DNA from: Trichodelitschia bisporula
Lineage: Eukaryota
NCBI GenBank assembly: GCA_010356995.1
Contig: ML996690.1
Location: 1,458,217 to 1,522,216 of the forward strand
Length of the DNA: 64,000 bases
Direction of reading: 5' to 3'
Shown: piece after piece, positions 50,342 through 64,000 of the stretch
How the letters are laid out: each line of letters begins with the position of its first letter
Position numbering within the stretch: the first letter of the stretch is position 1
Translations under genes and position numbers: made by a program
The notes under the pieces: generated by a model
Databases searched by the model: none
What the model saw: the letters and a program-made list of their open reading frames with translations, nothing else
Told to the model about the DNA's origin: nothing

Positions 50342-51010
50342 TCCGGCATGCTGCGCCTATCCCCACCAACACCCTCCCCGGAGGTAGGCCTGGGGCAGAG
50401 CACAGTATCTTGGCAAACATACCACAGATACTTAAGAAGCACATTCTGCCCTGGAGCTAGATTCCTCATCGCAGTCCGCACCACTTCGCCATGTGCTCCT
50501 GAGCGCTGTCAAGGTTTGCTTCCACCGTCTCTTCTCTGTGTCGTCAATAACACTTCAGATCTTCTCCCGTCCCCGAGTTCCTCTCAGCCACCACTGCCGC
50601 CGCCGACCCGAGAGCCTTCACCTCCGCCTGCTGTCGCACGTCATCCGGGCCATACATCATACGACGTTCACGTTCGAGCCGGGCGAGTTTGATGGAGTCA
50701 CGCGGCGCAATGTCGATCCATACCTGAAAGAATGCCAGTTGTCTGTTATTGGCGCAATTGGCTTGTTCGGTTCAGACCGACTCTCAACAAAGAAGGGAGA
50801 ATGCAGATGGCGAAGTGCTTGATGTAGCAGCAATCAAGAAGAAGATGGTAGGGTCAGCAGCTCAATGGCTCTCACGACTGCTGTCTGCGATATCCGATGA
50901 CCTGGAGCACTACAAACGGTCATGGGCAACACATTCGACGAGCCTCAGCCGCCGTGGTCTCTTCGCCAGTGACTCGAGGGTCCCGCACCGGCTACCTGTT
51001 CAGTCCGTAG

Positions 51011-51644
51011 GAGCGCTTGGGGGCCGACTGGTATTTAGCCTGGTCTGGCCCTACTGAGTTTGATTTTCTCCTCAACCCGCACTCCACACTCCAAGGTTGG
51101 TTTTTGTTCGTTGTAGGGTGTTGCATACGCTAACGAGCTCAGATGAACGCGACAATGGATTCTCACTCCCCCACCCACAGCCAGTCCGCATCGTAAGTCC
51201 CCACAATTCTCCCAACCACCGAAGAAGATTATTTTATTTCTTCGTTGTGGGATGTTACGTTGACGATTGCGGTAGAACCCGGAAACCGCCGTGGTGCTCT
51301 ACGGAGGCCCGAAGGGGGTTGGCAATAGTCCCGTAACTGGGGCCAATGCCACCCCACTCGGGTCTCCGGACTCGGACCAGGCCCGCCAGCGTGCCCGGGC
51401 CCGTCGGGCCTGTCGGGCCAACCCGCCGCACACACCCCGCCCGCGCGACCTACCCCGCCCGGGGAACCCGCCCTCCCCGTACTACCCGCCGCACCCGGCC
51501 CGGTTGTGCTACCCGCCGCAGTCGCGCGACATAGAGAGCGCTTGGGCGCCGGCTGGTATTTAGCCCGGTCAGGCCCCATAGACGTTTGATTTTCTCCTCA
51601 AACCACACTCCTCACACTACCGTTGGTTTTTGTTCGTTGTAGGG
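51011..51644 (+). repeat. ~108-bp imperfect direct repeat (51011-51118 and 51536-51644)
   Basis: GAGCGCTTGGG..CTGGTATTTAGCC..GTTTGATTTTCTCCTCAA..GTTGGTTTTTGTTCGTTGTAGGG is present twice. Confidence 0.9.
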
Positions 51645-52147
51645 GGGGGCGGCGGAGCAGGCGCGGCGAGCGGCGGTGGTTGAGGAGGCGCGGCGGGCGC
51701 GGAACAGGCGGCGGCAGGAGGGCAGGCGGAGGGCGGCTGAATGGCGGCGGGCCGGGGGGTGGGGGGAACATTTACGTTTTCACTTCGGCCAAATCCGCCG
51801 CACCCGCCATACCCGCCCTGGGAGCCGAGCCCGCGCTACCCGCCCCCCCAGCACTACCCGACTCCCCCGCCATACTCTCGCTCCCCGCCGGGCCAACGCA
51901 ACGCGCCCACCGGGCGGGAACCAGGTGGGCCGGCGACTAGGGATCGGGTTATTATTAACAATTATACGGAGTAATTATTACACGTCTTAGCATGTTTCTT
52001 TTTTTTTGTATATTAGTAAAGTAAAGTCTGGCGGTACCGCTACAATGGTTAAAGCCCCGTTTTATGAACACCCCTAAGCCTGACTGAAACTCCATCGCCC
52101 GAACCGCCATCCGTGCACTACATACCTAAATCGGCCCAGCTACAACC

Positions 52148-53113
52148 ATGACCCTCTCTTCCGCGCGCCACATCCTTCTCATCCTGTCCGGCAAAGGCGG
52201 CGTCGGCAAATCCTCCGTGACAACGCAGCTGGCACTCACCCTCAGCGCGCAAGGCCACGCCGTAGGCGTCCTCGACCTCGATCTCACAGGCCCGAACATC
52301 CCGCGCTTCTTCGGCATCGAGGACGCGCGCGTCACACAGGCTCCCGGCGGGCTTGTGCCCGTCACAGTTCACGAAGGCTCCACTGCGGAAGATGGCGGAC
52401 AGTCGCGCGGCCCGCTGTACTGCATGTCCCTCGGCTTCATCCTCGCGACGCGCAGCACAGCGGTCATATGGCGCGGCCCCAAGAAAACGGCCATGGTGCG
52501 CCAGTTCCTGCTGCAGACGCTGTGGCCGCCACTCGACTACCTGCTCATCGACACGCCGCCGGGGACGTCGGACGAGCACATTTCGCTCGTGGAGACGCTG
52601 CTGCTGAACATGCCTGCTGCGACGGGGACGGGGACGGGGACGCCAAGTATTGCGTCTGCGGTGCTGGTTACTACGCCGCAGGCGGTTTCGACGGCGGATG
52701 TGCGCAAGGAACTTAATTTTTGCCGGAAGACGGGCCTAGTGGTGCGCGGGGTGGTGGAGAATATGGCGGGGTTTGTGTGTCCGCATTGCATGGAGTGTAC
52801 GAATGTGTTTTCTAAGGGGGGGGGGCAGGTTATGGCGCAGGAGTTTGGGGTACCTTTCCTTGGGAGTGTGCCGCTCGATCCTGCGTGGGTTAGGCTCGTT
52901 GAGGAGGGGAAGACGCCGGTATATCCCAAGGGGACGGTTGTTGCGGGCGTGGATGTAGGGCAGGAGGGCGGGACTGCAGTGGAGCCGGAGGCGGAGGCGC
53001 AGACCGAGAGTAAAGATCCTGGGCTGCTGGTGGAGAAGTACACTCATTGCTCGCTGTTTCCGCTCTTTGACGGAATAGCGAAGACGGTCAGCTCGGCCAT
53101 GGAGGCTGAGTGA
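52148..53113 (+). CDS. CFD1: Cytosolic Fe-S assembly P-loop NTPase Cfd1
   Basis: [11 protein letters not shown] deviant Walker [38 protein letters not shown]; lacks the N-terminal Cys ferredoxin motif. Confidence 0.95.
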   Translation: MTLSSARHILLILSGKGGVGKSSVTTQLALTLSAQGHAVGVLDLDLTGPNIPRFFGIEDARVTQAPGGLVPVTVHEGSTAEDGGQSRGPLYCMSLGFILATRSTAVIWRGPKKTAMVRQFLLQTLWPPLDYLLIDTPPGTSDEHISLVETLLLNMPAATGTGTGTPSIASAVLVTTPQAVSTADVRKELNFCRKTGLVVRGVVENMAGFVCPHCMECTNVFSKGGGQVMAQEFGVPFLGSVPLDPAWVRLVEEGKTPVYPKGTVVAGVDVGQEGGTAVEPEAEAQTESKDPGLLVEKYTHCSLFPLFDGIAKTVSSAMEAE

Positions 53114-53300
53114 GCTCCTTTCTGATTAGACGAGGCAAGCGCGGCGTTGCGGTTTCTTAGACTTTTACCACGCAAGTGGAATACTTGGCTAACATAGCAC
53201 TTGAGATCAAGGCAAAATACGGCCATCGTGTGACGCTGTTCCTCTAGAAGTGCTCTACCAAAAGACGAAACTTTTTAATCCCGGCTCACTCAACGTCCGC

Positions 53301-54571
<1,271 letters not shown>

Positions 54572-54981
54572 GGTGAAGGGGAATTGGCGGGGCTTTGGAG
54601 AGCGGAAGAGTTCCAATTGCAGTCTTTTGGAGAGATAGGAAGCAATGATAGGACTTGTCGGCGGTATGAAGGATGTGGAGAGGTATGACTCTTTTCTTCC
54701 TGTCGCGTCACTGCAGGAGAAAACTTTAGACGAGGGGAACAAGGATAACGATACACGTATTTTTTTATTGATTGGAGATGCCGAGTGGAGAGAAGGAGTG
54801 CGTTAGAGAGGGATTAGCTCAATTTTACCCCGCCATTCTTCGTCGGGGTGGGGGTTGGCGGGAAGGCTAAAAAGTGTATGACAAATGGCCCCTCCATAAA
54901 CATCCTCCCCACCATCACAACGACAAAAATGCCTCCCATCTCACCACTCCACCATCACCCCACTATCCTCCGCCGGCTATC

Positions 54982-56070
54982 ATGTCCACCTCCACCTCCA
55001 CCCTCATAGCTTCAACCCAGTCCGAACCTCTCCAAGCTGTCCTCCGCGCCCCCCTCCAAGCCGCACCCGAACTCGTCGCCCCCGAGCCCGAACACTGTCC
55101 CGGCCCTGAGTCCGAACAAGCAGGCAAAGGCGATGCCTGTGATGGCTGTCCAAATCAGCAAATCTGCGCATCTGCGCCCAAGGGCCCTGATCCGGATATC
55201 CCTATCATAACCGAGCGCCTCGCTGGCGTGCGACATAAACTCCTGGTGCTGAGTGGCAAGGGTGGCGTCGGGAAGAGCACATTCAGCGCACTGCTGGCCC
55301 AGGCCTTTTCGTCACCCCCTCGGGCGGCAAATGGGGAGCAGCCATCTGCCTCGGCACCGGCGCCCACAGTTGGTCTCATGGACACGGACCTCTGCGGGCC
55401 CAGCATCCCGCGCATGGTACTCGGACCGGACGCAGCGAAGACCTCCATCCACACCACAGCCTCAGGATGGAGCCCAGTATGGGCATCCGACACGCTCGCC
55501 CTGATGAGCATCCAATTCATGCTGCCAGACCAGGACGCAGCCGTCATCTGGCGCGGGCCGAAGAAAAACGGGTTGATCAAGCGCTTCCTCAAGGACGTCG
55601 AATGGGGCGACCTGGACCTGCTGGTCGTGGACACGCCGCCCGGCACCAGCGACGAGCACCTGAGCGTCAACTCCTTCCTGACCGCCAGCGGCGTCGACGG
55701 CGCTGTCCTCGTCACCACGCCGCAGGAGGTGGCGCTGCTGGACGTGCGCCGCGAACTCGACTTTTGCCGCAAGGCGGGCATCCGCGTGCTCGGCGTTGTC
55801 GAGAACATGGCGGGTTTTGTGTGTCCCAATTGCCGCGGCGAGAGCGAAATCTTTCGCGCGTCGACGGGTGGAGCGAAGCGCTTCTGCGAAGTCGAGAATG
55901 TGCCTTTCCTCGGTTCGGTGCCGCTCGATCCGCGCATTGGAATGGCGTGCGATTTTGGCGAGAGCTTCCTCGATGCCTTTCCGGAGAGTCCGGCCGCGCA
56001 GAGGGTCGAAGATGTGGTGAGGCAGCTGAGGGAGACTATCGGTCTTGAGGCACGGGTTGCGAATCCGTGA
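54982..56070 (+). CDS. NBP35: Cytosolic Fe-S assembly P-loop NTPase Nbp35
   Basis: N-terminal CPGPES...[11 protein letters not shown] ferredoxin-like motif, [24 protein letters not shown]. Confidence 0.96.
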   Translation: MSTSTSTLIASTQSEPLQAVLRAPLQAAPELVAPEPEHCPGPESEQAGKGDACDGCPNQQICASAPKGPDPDIPIITERLAGVRHKLLVLSGKGGVGKSTFSALLAQAFSSPPRAANGEQPSASAPAPTVGLMDTDLCGPSIPRMVLGPDAAKTSIHTTASGWSPVWASDTLALMSIQFMLPDQDAAVIWRGPKKNGLIKRFLKDVEWGDLDLLVVDTPPGTSDEHLSVNSFLTASGVDGAVLVTTPQEVALLDVRRELDFCRKAGIRVLGVVENMAGFVCPNCRGESEIFRASTGGAKRFCEVENVPFLGSVPLDPRIGMACDFGESFLDAFPESPAAQRVEDVVRQLRETIGLEARVANP

Positions 56071-56292
56071 GCGACTCCCTGCTCGCTTGTCTTTTCATGG
56101 CATAAGGCATGGTTGGCGTTAGGTAACGTGCATAACGCAGATCAATAACTATACATGAGTGTCATCACGTATTGCGTCTTTTCATGAAGATCAAAAACTC
56201 TCAATCACACGTGCTGCTGCTTTCCTATTCTTCATCGCTGCTTAACAAGTTCGTCAAATTTCTCCGCCTTGCTGCAAGTTGATATTGTTATC

Positions 56293-57309
56293 TTAGCTGA
56301 CATCCCATCGCATAATCGCTCCGTGGATCGTTGCCGCCATTAGATGCTTGCCGTCTGGCGAGAATTTTATGGCTCTCATATGTTTCCAATTTCCTTTGAG
56401 CGTCTGCTACGCCTTTCCCGAGCCGGTATCCCATAGCCTGACCGTTCCAAAATGCCCTCCCCACGCCAGCTGCTTGCCGTTTGGTGAGAAGGCTAGTTTG
56501 CAACCATGCGAATCGATCTCAAACGTCTGTAGCAGGCGTCCCGAGTCCATGTTCCATAGCTTGACCGTCCGATCATACGATGCCGACGCGAGCTTTTTAC
56601 TGTCCGGCGAAAATGCTACGTAGGCGACCCGATTTGAATGGCCCTCGAGCGTCTGTAGCTCCTTTCCTGAGTCGGTATCCCATAGCTTGACCGTCTCGCC
56701 GCTCGCCAACGCTAGCTGCTTGTCGTCCGGCGAAAAGGCTACTGATACGTCAAAAGCTGGGTTTACATGGCCCAGGAGCGTGTGTATTAACATCCCTGAA
56801 GCAACGTCCCATAGTTTAACCGTTCTATCGTCCGATGCCGAGACCAGCTTGCCGTCTTGCGAGAAAGCCATCAGATTCACTCCATCTGAATGGCCCCTAA
56901 GCGTCTGCAGTAACTGCCCCGAATCGGCGTCCCATATCTTAGGGGCTTCTTGACCCCGCTCTACCGATGCCAGCTGCTTGCCGTCTGGTGTTAAGGCTAC
57001 GGCCCAGGCTCCTCTGGGATGGCCCGTGACCGTCCGTAGCACCTTTCCCGAGCCGGTGTCCCGTAAACTAACCCGTCCTTCTCTATCTTCGGACGATGCT
57101 GACACTAGCCGTTTGCCGTCTGACTAGAACGCTGCGTTCACGAGGTATCTGCCACGACGCGGATACCCCTCGAGCCACTGCAGTGTCCCCTTGGAGCTGG
57201 TGTCGGACAGCTCCAATGTTTCCTTGCCAGATAGCAACGGCAGTTGATCGTCGTCCGGCGGCAAGGCTACCGGGGTGATGTCATCCGTATTGCCCGAAGT
57301 GTAGGCCAT
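56293..57309 (-). pseudogene. HET-E-like WD40-repeat gene copy with two in-frame stops
   Basis: One frame from ATG 57309 to TAA 56293, interrupted by TAG at 57124-26 (AAF*SDGK) and 56407-09 (GKA*QTL); paralogous to 57523-58614. Confidence 0.85.
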
Positions 57310-57522
57310 TTTGTTTTCATGGAGGCAGTTCCTTCGCAGAGACGACTGGAGGGATGTTCAAGAAGGTGGAAGTGCTGGTGGTGGTGATGGTGGGGCAGGA
57401 GCTTGAGGATAGTTCATGGGCAAGGCTTGGGTGGGGTGGTTGGGCGAAATCATGTGGCACTGCCTTCGCATTCTCTATCACTGCCTACATCCGTAGAAAG
57501 CTTGTCAAATTTCCTCGCCTTC

Positions 57523-58614
57523 TTAGCTGAGGTCCCATCGGTAAATCGCCCCCTTTCTGGATACCGACAGTAGCTGCTTGCCGTCCGGCGAGAAGGTTAC
57601 GGGATCGCCCTCAGCCAAGGCATCTTTCGAATCGGCCCGGAACCTCTGCAGCTCCTCTCCCGAACTGGCGTCCCATAATTGCAGAGTGAAGTTGTCCTTT
57701 CCCGATATCAGTTGCTTGCCGTCCGGCGAGAAGGCTATGTCATAGGCTCCTCCATCCGAAAGGGCCAGGAAAGACCGCAGCGCCTGCCCCGAGCTCGCAT
57801 CCCATAATTTGAGAGTGGAATAGCTCGATCCCGACGCCAGCTGCCTGCCGTTTGGAGAAAACCTGACGGCCCCAAATGTATCCGTATAGCCCCGAATTCT
57901 CCGTAGCGCCTTTCCCGAGTCGGTGTCCCACAACCTAATCACTGTTTCTTCATACGCTATTGACGCCAACTGTTTGCCGTCCGACGAGAAGGTTACGGCT
58001 TGCACGAAATTTGAATGGCCCCTAAGCGTCCGTAATAGCTTCCCCGAACTAGGGTCCCATAGCTTAACCTTTTTATCACCCGATCCCGAGGCCAGCTGCT
58101 TGCTGTCTGGTGAGAATGTTACACTATAGACCGTGTCCGAATGGCCCTTAAACGTCCGCAGCGCTTTTCCAGAGCTGGCGTCCCATAGTATAGCATTTTT
58201 ATCGCCGAATCCCGACGCTAGCTGCTTGCCGTCTGGCGAGAACGCTATGCACCAGATCCAATTCGAATGGCTCTCAAGGCTCTGCAGTGCCTTTCCTGAG
58301 CCGGTATCCCACAACCTAACCACTTTTTCTCTCTCGCATATCAACGCTAGTTGTTTGCCGTCCGGCGAGAAGGCTGCGATGCGGATGGGTTTCGAAACAC
58401 CGTCGCGCAGCTGTAGCATCCCCTCGGAGTTGGCGTCCCATAGCCCAAGCCTTTCATCGCCCGATAACAGCGCGAGTTGACTGTCGTATGATGCCGACGC
58501 AACTTGCTCGTCGTTCGATGCCAACATCAGTAGTTCCTCGTCCGGCGGCAAGGCTACCCGGGTGATCTCGTCCGGATCCTCAAACGTGTGGACCATTTGT
58601 TTCCGCGTAGGCAT
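57523..58614 (-). CDS. Stand-alone WD40-repeat protein of HET-E/NACHT-WD type
   Basis: Repeats of FSPDGKQLASGSGDKxVKLWDxxSGKxLRTLxGH; intronless; no NACHT domain upstream. Confidence 0.9.
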   Translation of the reverse strand: MPTRKQMVHTFEDPDEITRVALPPDEELLMLASNDEQVASASYDSQLALLSGDERLGLWDANSEGMLQLRDGVSKPIRIAAFSPDGKQLALICEREKVVRLWDTGSGKALQSLESHSNWIWCIAFSPDGKQLASGFGDKNAILWDASSGKALRTFKGHSDTVYSVTFSPDSKQLASGSGDKKVKLWDPSSGKLLRTLRGHSNFVQAVTFSSDGKQLASIAYEETVIRLWDTDSGKALRRIRGYTDTFGAVRFSPNGRQLASGSSYSTLKLWDASSGQALRSFLALSDGGAYDIAFSPDGKQLISGKDNFTLQLWDASSGEELQRFRADSKDALAEGDPVTFSPDGKQLLSVSRKGAIYRWDLS

Positions 58615-59015
58615 TTTGCGTCTCAGAGAAAGTCGAATGAGTGTTAAAGAAGGTGGTAGTGGTGGAGCTGGGAACTTGAGAATAGTTCACAGGTGAGGGA
58701 TGCGCGGGCTGTGCCGGGTAAGCGTCGTGTAAGTATGAGATGAGGCTAGGCCAAGTGTTCGTGAACCGCCGCCCTAAACAGTTGTGGCTGGGTCTTGCCT
58801 ATATTCTGGTTGAGTAAGAAGCAGAGACTACTCTATCTGGGGAGGAGCCGACCAGGATTGTTCTTGCCTAGCCCTTGGGAGCGTAATTACGCGGCTTGCC
58901 TCATTCATGATGACCAGGAACCTTCGATCAAATGTGGCGCTGCTTTCCCATTCTCTATCGTTCTACGCTATCGTAACACGGCCATTCTGTTCCCGTTCCC
59001 GGAAACCAGAGGCAT

Positions 59016-60767
59016 CTAGCTCTTGATCAGCAGACTCGACCCGTCCATCTCCTCAGGTTGACCCAGCCCCATGGCCGCCAGGACAGTCGGAGCGACATCT
59101 CCCAGAACACCATCCGTTTTCTTCAGGCTCCAGCCTGCAGGAGCATTCGCCATGACGAAGGGAACCTTGTTCGTGGTGTGCGATGTCTTGGGCGTCCCCT
59201 CACTGTTCAGCATCTCCTCGGCGTTGCCGTGGTCAGCAGTGATGAAGAGCAGATAGCCGGCCTCCTTGCACGCGTCGAAGACCTTGCCGATGGCGCGGTC
59301 CGTCTCCGCCACGCCCTTGATGGCAGCTTCGTACACACCCGTGTGGCCCACCATGTCCGGTGGCGCGAAGTTGTTCATGATGAACTCGTGCTTGCCCTCG
59401 CGAATGCGCTCCGCCATCTTCTCCGCCACCTGCATGGCGCTCATCTCAGGCTGCAGGTCGTACGTGGCGACGCGCGGTGACTGGATAAGGTCACGCTCCT
59501 CGTTGTCAAACTGCTTCTCCACTCCACCGTTGAAAAAAAAGGTAACATGCGCGTATTTCTCCGTCTCAGCAATGTGGCATTGCTTGACATCGTTCTTGGC
59601 CAACCATTCAGCGAGCACGTTACCCATGTGCTGCGGCGGGAAAGCAATGAGGAAGGGGAACTTGGTGTTGTACTGCGTCATGGTCGTCAGGTGAAGGTTC
59701 TTGGGGTATGAGAAGTCTGGTGTGGGAGAGCGGTCGAAGTCGCCGAGAAGCTGGGTAATCTCGCGAACGCGGTCCGAGCGGTAGTTGAAGAAAAAGAGAG
59801 TGTCATCATCTGGACTGTGATCAGCATTCTCTGCTCCTACCAAGCACAGTTGGGAAGCAGATGTAAAGCGTACCCTGTAAGCGGCGTTCCTGACCGCCGA
59901 CGATGATGGGCTTCAGAAATTCGTCCGTCTCGCCCTTTTCGTACCGCTCGCGGACCGTGCTGACGGGATCGGAGCTGTCCTCGCCTTCGCCGTGCACGAG
60001 ACCTTTCAGGGCAATCTCGACGCGGTCCCAGCGCTTGTCACGGTCCATGGCGAAGTAGCGACCCACCACAGTGGCAATTTTGCCAATCCCAAGCTCCTCG
60101 GTGTACTTGACCAGCTCCTCAAGATGTCCCGCGCCGGATTTCGGGTCGGTGTCACGGCCATCGCCAAAGAAGTGGATGAACACATTCGGGACGCCAATCT
60201 CCTTCGCTACCCTCAACAGTGCAAAGAGATGCTTGATATGCGAGTGCTGGAAATGCCTGTTAGCTCGACAACCAGTTGCATCGGGATTCAGCGCGCAGCG
60301 CATATTGTGCAACTCACCACACCGCCATCGGAAACCAGACCTAGCAGGTGCAAGCGACCGTTACCGGCTTTAGCGTGCTCGAAGCTCTTGCCGATGTTCT
60401 CAATCTTGTTCAAGACTCCCTTCTTGATGGTCATGTCGATGCGAACGACATCCTGCCACACGACACGGCCGGCACCAATGTTGAGATGCCCCACCTCGCT
60501 GTTGCCCATCAGGCCGTCCGGCAGGCCGACGGCGTTGGACGACGCCTCGAGCTCCGTATATCCCTGGGCCGTCTTGGAGTCCGACGCAGCGAAGGAGTCC
60601 ATGTGGGGGGTATCAGCGGCCAAAATGGCATCGCCTTCCTTTGGCGAATTCTCGCCAGCCACGCCCCAACCGTCGATGACGACTTAAGCGGGTAAGCCAA
60701 CTACGTGAAGTCCGCTGGAAGAAGAGTGAAGCTTACTGAGCGCCGCTTTGTGGTCTACTTTGCCCAT
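59016..60767 (-). CDS. 2,3-bisphosphoglycerate-independent phosphoglycerate mutase
   Basis: VIDGWG, MGNSEVGHLNIGAGR, SDGGVHSH, GDGRDT, GRYFAMDRDKRW, AETEKYAHVTFFFNGG, DMVGHTG, TADHGNAE; three introns. Confidence 0.97.
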
Positions 60768-61414
60768 GATTGCGAGGTCTACTGCGGGGGTCCAGCGGGT
60801 GGAATTGAAGAAAGTTCTAGGATGGATGTACGAGGAGAATCAATTGCGCAGCAGAGAAGTGCGAGTCTTGGGATGGGAGAATTGGGGCTTTTGGTGGAGA
60901 GGAAGAAGAAAATTGCGGTATTTGGCAGACTAGCTTGCCAGTGACGGTTCAGATAGTTGTGAGGAGTGTAATGGTGGGGGGGGCAGAGGGGTGTTTAGGA
61001 GAAGAGATTATCGGACGGAGTCGGATTGCTTTTTCGAGCTCTGGCCTTGCTCGGTGACGTGGGGCGAGCCTTGAGCGGAGCTGGGAGGAGGGGTAATTAT
61101 AGGGAGCGCATACCTCCGTATTCTGGATAGCAGTGTTCTCGTTGGGAACTCCGACCTGATCAGCCTCTGTAAGCATCCGGAGCGCGCTTGATGCGGGTGA
61201 TGCGCGCATGGCGGCTGATACGGTTAGCGGTGCTGCGCCACACCAGATTGGCGCCTTGGCTCTGAGTGGCTTTGAGAGGGCACCTGCGAGCCACTCATCG
61301 ACGACGGCATACGGAGTAGTTCACCATCGTCAACCTTCACAAAAAGTTACCGCACTACCTCTCATAACCTTCATCAGCCTCCACCGCCAATCGGGCCCTC
61401 AATCTTGGTCGCCA

Positions 61415-63685
61415 ATGTCGTCATTTGGCAGCTCTGTTATCAGTATTGTTCCTTTAGGCGCATCCCTTTAGGCATCTTGCTAATCTTTCGCAGACAAGAC
61501 CGGCAAGAAGGTTGCGCCCAAGGCTCCAGCCCGCCGCCGTGTTGCGCCGCCCGCTGCCTCAAAGCCAGTCACGGAGACAGCAAAGGGCACTGAAGAGCCG
61601 CAAGCACAGTCAAACGACATCAGTGGAAGTGTTGCCACAGATCCCATCGTCACAGCGGTTACGAGAACTCAAAATGTAGTCACCGTCGGCGCGCAGTCTA
61701 GCGCAGCGTCTCCGGGAAATCTCATTCCTGAATGCAGCACGCCCAACCAAATCGGCACGTCGGTGTCCTTAGCCTCAGGTTCGGCGCCTCGACCAACTCC
61801 TCCAACGTCTATTCCCTCGCCTAGTAGCCCGGAACTGTCCCCAAAGCGGCGGAGAATCGCGGATGTCACAATTCCGATCCCCGCCATTTCACGCACAGTA
61901 GCTGTTTCGGTGCCAGCTAGAGAAGAGCTGCATGTTGCTGTTCCAAGTGCTGTCAGCCGCGGTACAGCAAGCGATGTCGCCGCTCCCGACTCTGACATCT
62001 CCCCGGCAGCAGCTCCCACTCCTGCTGCCGATTCTTCTACTGTCGCAGAGGAGTCAGCCATTTCCGCTTCGGTGAATGCGCAAGCAGCTACCACCGCCCC
62101 CCATGTCCTGAATCAATCCGAGGAACCTCAGCCACAGGCAGCATCGCAATGTGTAAATGTCGATCCTGCAGCCCCGTCTACGGATACGTCTGAAAATGCT
62201 GGTACTGCGGACGGCCACTCCCAAAACGAGCCGCCTTCCACTGCTGCCAGAGGCAAGCGCAAAACAGGCACGATAACCGATAAGAGAGCTCCGACCGCTC
62301 CGGCGCGAAGAAATGCAAGGAATTCCACCACCCAGCCCGACGCTACGTCTGGTGATGACCAATCCGTCGAACCGTCTAGCCAGGCTCCTCCCGCGAAAAA
62401 GGCCAGGAAGCCCCGGAAAGACAAGGGGCAGAAACGCACAGCAACGGACGCGCCTGATGCGATAGGCGCCTCTTCAAATGATGCGTCCGCAGAGGCGACT
62501 GAAAACTCAGAACGTCCTGGAGGCTCGGCGCGGTTAGCAAATGCCGTAAAGCGCAAGCGTAAGGCGATGGCAAGGGCTGCAGCGCTGCAGGGCACGACCC
62601 CCGTCGAAAATGATACTGCGTATGCAGACGAAGCTGCAGTCGACTCACAGACGGACTTGGACGAAGACTCTCAGCCGAAACGACGCCGCGGAAAGCGTGC
62701 TACAACCCCCGAAGGGGCTGAAGACATGACCATCGAGCCGGAAACAGTGATGATGTTTGACATTGCCGGACGCGACCTTCGTATGGGCATGCCGAGCGAG
62801 CGCGAGAAGCAGATGCAGCAGATCGACTGGGAAGAGGTCAAGAAACGGCGCAAGGAGGAAGAACGGCGCATGGCATTTTCTCGGGGACGCAAAGACGATG
62901 AAGATGCAGATGAGGCCGCTGGCAATGACGGCGCTGCCGGCGGCGAGGACGGAGAGGAGGTTGATTTGGACGAGCAGCTCCGCAGGACAGTGCAGGCCAA
63001 TCGCAAAAGGCAACAGGCACTTAGAATCCGGCTGGTCAACGGCCAACACGAGATTGATGAAGACAGCCGGGTGGTCGACCGTCATGCCATGGTGGACGAG
63101 GAAATTGAGTTGCTGGAAGAGGTTGAAGAGGACGACTTGACCAAGCACTTCAACGTGCAGACATACGTCAACATGCGCCGACGCGTACCTGAGGAGAGAG
63201 TCCGCACCAACGAGCGCTGGACGGACACAGCGACGGACAAGTTCTACGCAGCACTTTCACAATTTGGGTGCGACTTCATGATCATCAGCCAGCTGTTCCC
63301 CGGACGCACACGACGCCAGGTTAAGGCAAAATTTGTCCGCGAAGAGCGTGCCGACCCAGAGCGTGTGCGCGAGGCGCTGCAGGGCCATGCGGGCGCTCCG
63401 GACGACGAGCGGTGGAGCCTCGATCTGTTTTCTCGCGAGACGGGCATGAAGCTGCGCGATCCGCGCGAGCTGGAGGATGAGCTGCGGCGTGAGCGCGAGT
63501 CGAAGCAGCAAGAGATTGAAGAGGCACGCAAGACGCGTGTGGAAATGGAGCGGCAGATGCGTCTTGCGGGGTTTGGGGCCGATGGCGAGGGCACCGAGCA
63601 AGGACGCAAGAAGAAGCGCGGCAGGGACAAGGGAGCTGCAGCTGGTGGGCAGGAGGTGGAGGTACTTGAGGAATTCAGCGACTAA
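61415..63685 (+). CDS. BDP1: TFIIIB B'' subunit Bdp1
   Basis: MSSFGSSVI/NKTGKKVAPKAP after intron 61443-61493, in frame with ORF 61763; SANT-like WTDTATDKFYAALSQFGCDFMIISQLFPGRTRRQVKAKFVREER. Confidence 0.92.
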
Positions 63686-64000
63686 TGGCGGCATGTCATG
63701 GACAGTGGGTGATGAGAAGATGACTATGAACAGGCCGATGCCACCGCTATGGAGGCATTTCAGTGACTAGAGTCATGATACCTGTCATTCAAGTGTGCTA
63801 CGTTTGCGATTTTGTGGAGCTCTCTTAAGCGGTGGCTGCCTTCTCGTTGGTCGCTACACTGGAGCTTCGATTGCCTCCTCTGGTACTGGGTCCCGCCGAA
63901 GCTTTGCCTAACGTTTAGGGAATGCGTGGGCGGGCCGGGTCCTCTTGTGCGGACTCCTAGACTCGCTGACATGCCGGCTCTGCGCAATAGAACACTGGAC

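Noticed and set aside
56293..58614. WD40 genes next to NBP35 as Cia1 (CIA pathway)
   Set aside because: The repeats are the highly self-similar HET-E type, without Cia1 motifs such as GHENEVK.

Overview
Gene-dense, intron-containing fungal DNA (filamentous ascomycete, Pezizomycotina; Dothideomycete-like by impression only). About 25 conserved host genes are recognisable, and they look functionally skewed: ribosome biogenesis (NOB1, NOP4, ENP1, LSG1, REI1, FCF1/UTP24, plus an intronic C/D snoRNA), general and Pol III transcription (TFA1, TFIIIA-like, BDP1), amino-acid synthesis (TRP2, LEU4, ARO2, LYS9, LYS1) and Fe-S assembly (ISU1, CFD1, NBP35), including a LYS9...CFD1-LYS1-NBP35 block. Accessory pieces are a lone copia-type Gag ORF, an intact DD34E Tc1 transposase without visible TIRs, a tandem pair of HET-E-like WD40 genes, an orphan repeat region and a pseudogenised P-loop NTPase + PD-(D/E)xK nuclease (Crinkler-like) cassette. 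Two observations stand out. (1) The NTPase-nuclease cassette is bounded by a ~45-bp direct duplication of the LEU4 3' UTR and by inverted arrays of a short motif, so it looks like an undescribed type of mobile element. (2) ISU1 can only be assembled in frame through a non-canonical AT-initiated intron (best reading: U2-type AT-AC). All gene calls come from manual motif recognition and manual splicing; no database searches were run.
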